A stretch of DNA of 63,727 nucleotides, counting the filler, from Octopus bimaculoides (taxonomy: Eukaryota), in assembly GCF_001194135.2 (NCBI RefSeq). It is 5 parts of 5 records of this genome, joined end to end, with 100 filler letters (N's around TTAATTAATTAA, not from the genome) between each part and the next. Parts side by side here need not be neighbours in the genome. Positions count along the whole stretch, not along the records: positions 60,976 to 63,727 come from NC_068986.1; 4 more parts are not named here. One strand, given 5' to 3'. The position numbers and the translations under genes were made by a program. Below are positions 63,650 to 63,727 of this stretch, piece after piece (position 1 is the stretch's first letter; every line of letters starts with the position of its first letter). The notes beneath the pieces were generated by a model. The model searched no databases, was not told where the DNA came from, and was given only the letters and a program-made list of their open reading frames with translations.

Positions 63650-63727
63650 ACTTGGAAGTGGATTTGGTAGGCAGAAACTGAAAGAAGCCCGGTGAATGTG
63701 TTTGTTTGTGTGTGTGTGTGTGTGTGT
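63650..63727 (+). mobile_element. Family A SINE internal fragment running into (TG)n
   Basis: gtggatttggtaggcagaaactgaaagaagcccg. Confidence 0.7.

Overview
AT-rich, gap-ridden eukaryotic scaffold dense in microsatellites and SINEs. The repeat landscape looks like an octopus/coleoid cephalopod genome (inference). Two spliced + strand genes can be built by hand, with compatible intron phases. (1) A cysteine-rich protein with a hydrophobic, GPI-signal-like C-terminus (exons 13177-13313, 14299-14452, 15891-16137; 5' exons not found). (2) A complete 466-aa galactose-3-O-sulfotransferase family gene (coding exons 19603-19631, 21982-22144, 23533-24741). The rest is decayed transposons: RTE, CR1/L2-like, Tx1/L1, R4/Dong-like and Penelope retroelements; Tc1, mariner, Tigger and hAT DNA transposons; MITEs; and at least five tRNA-derived SINE families. 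The most unusual signals are degenerate minimal hammerhead-ribozyme folds inside short non-autonomous repeats, recurrent fold-back (inverted) junctions, an inverted pair of tRNA-like elements, and an orphan trypsin-like GDSG segment. Repeat boundaries are approximate, and all alignments were done by eye.
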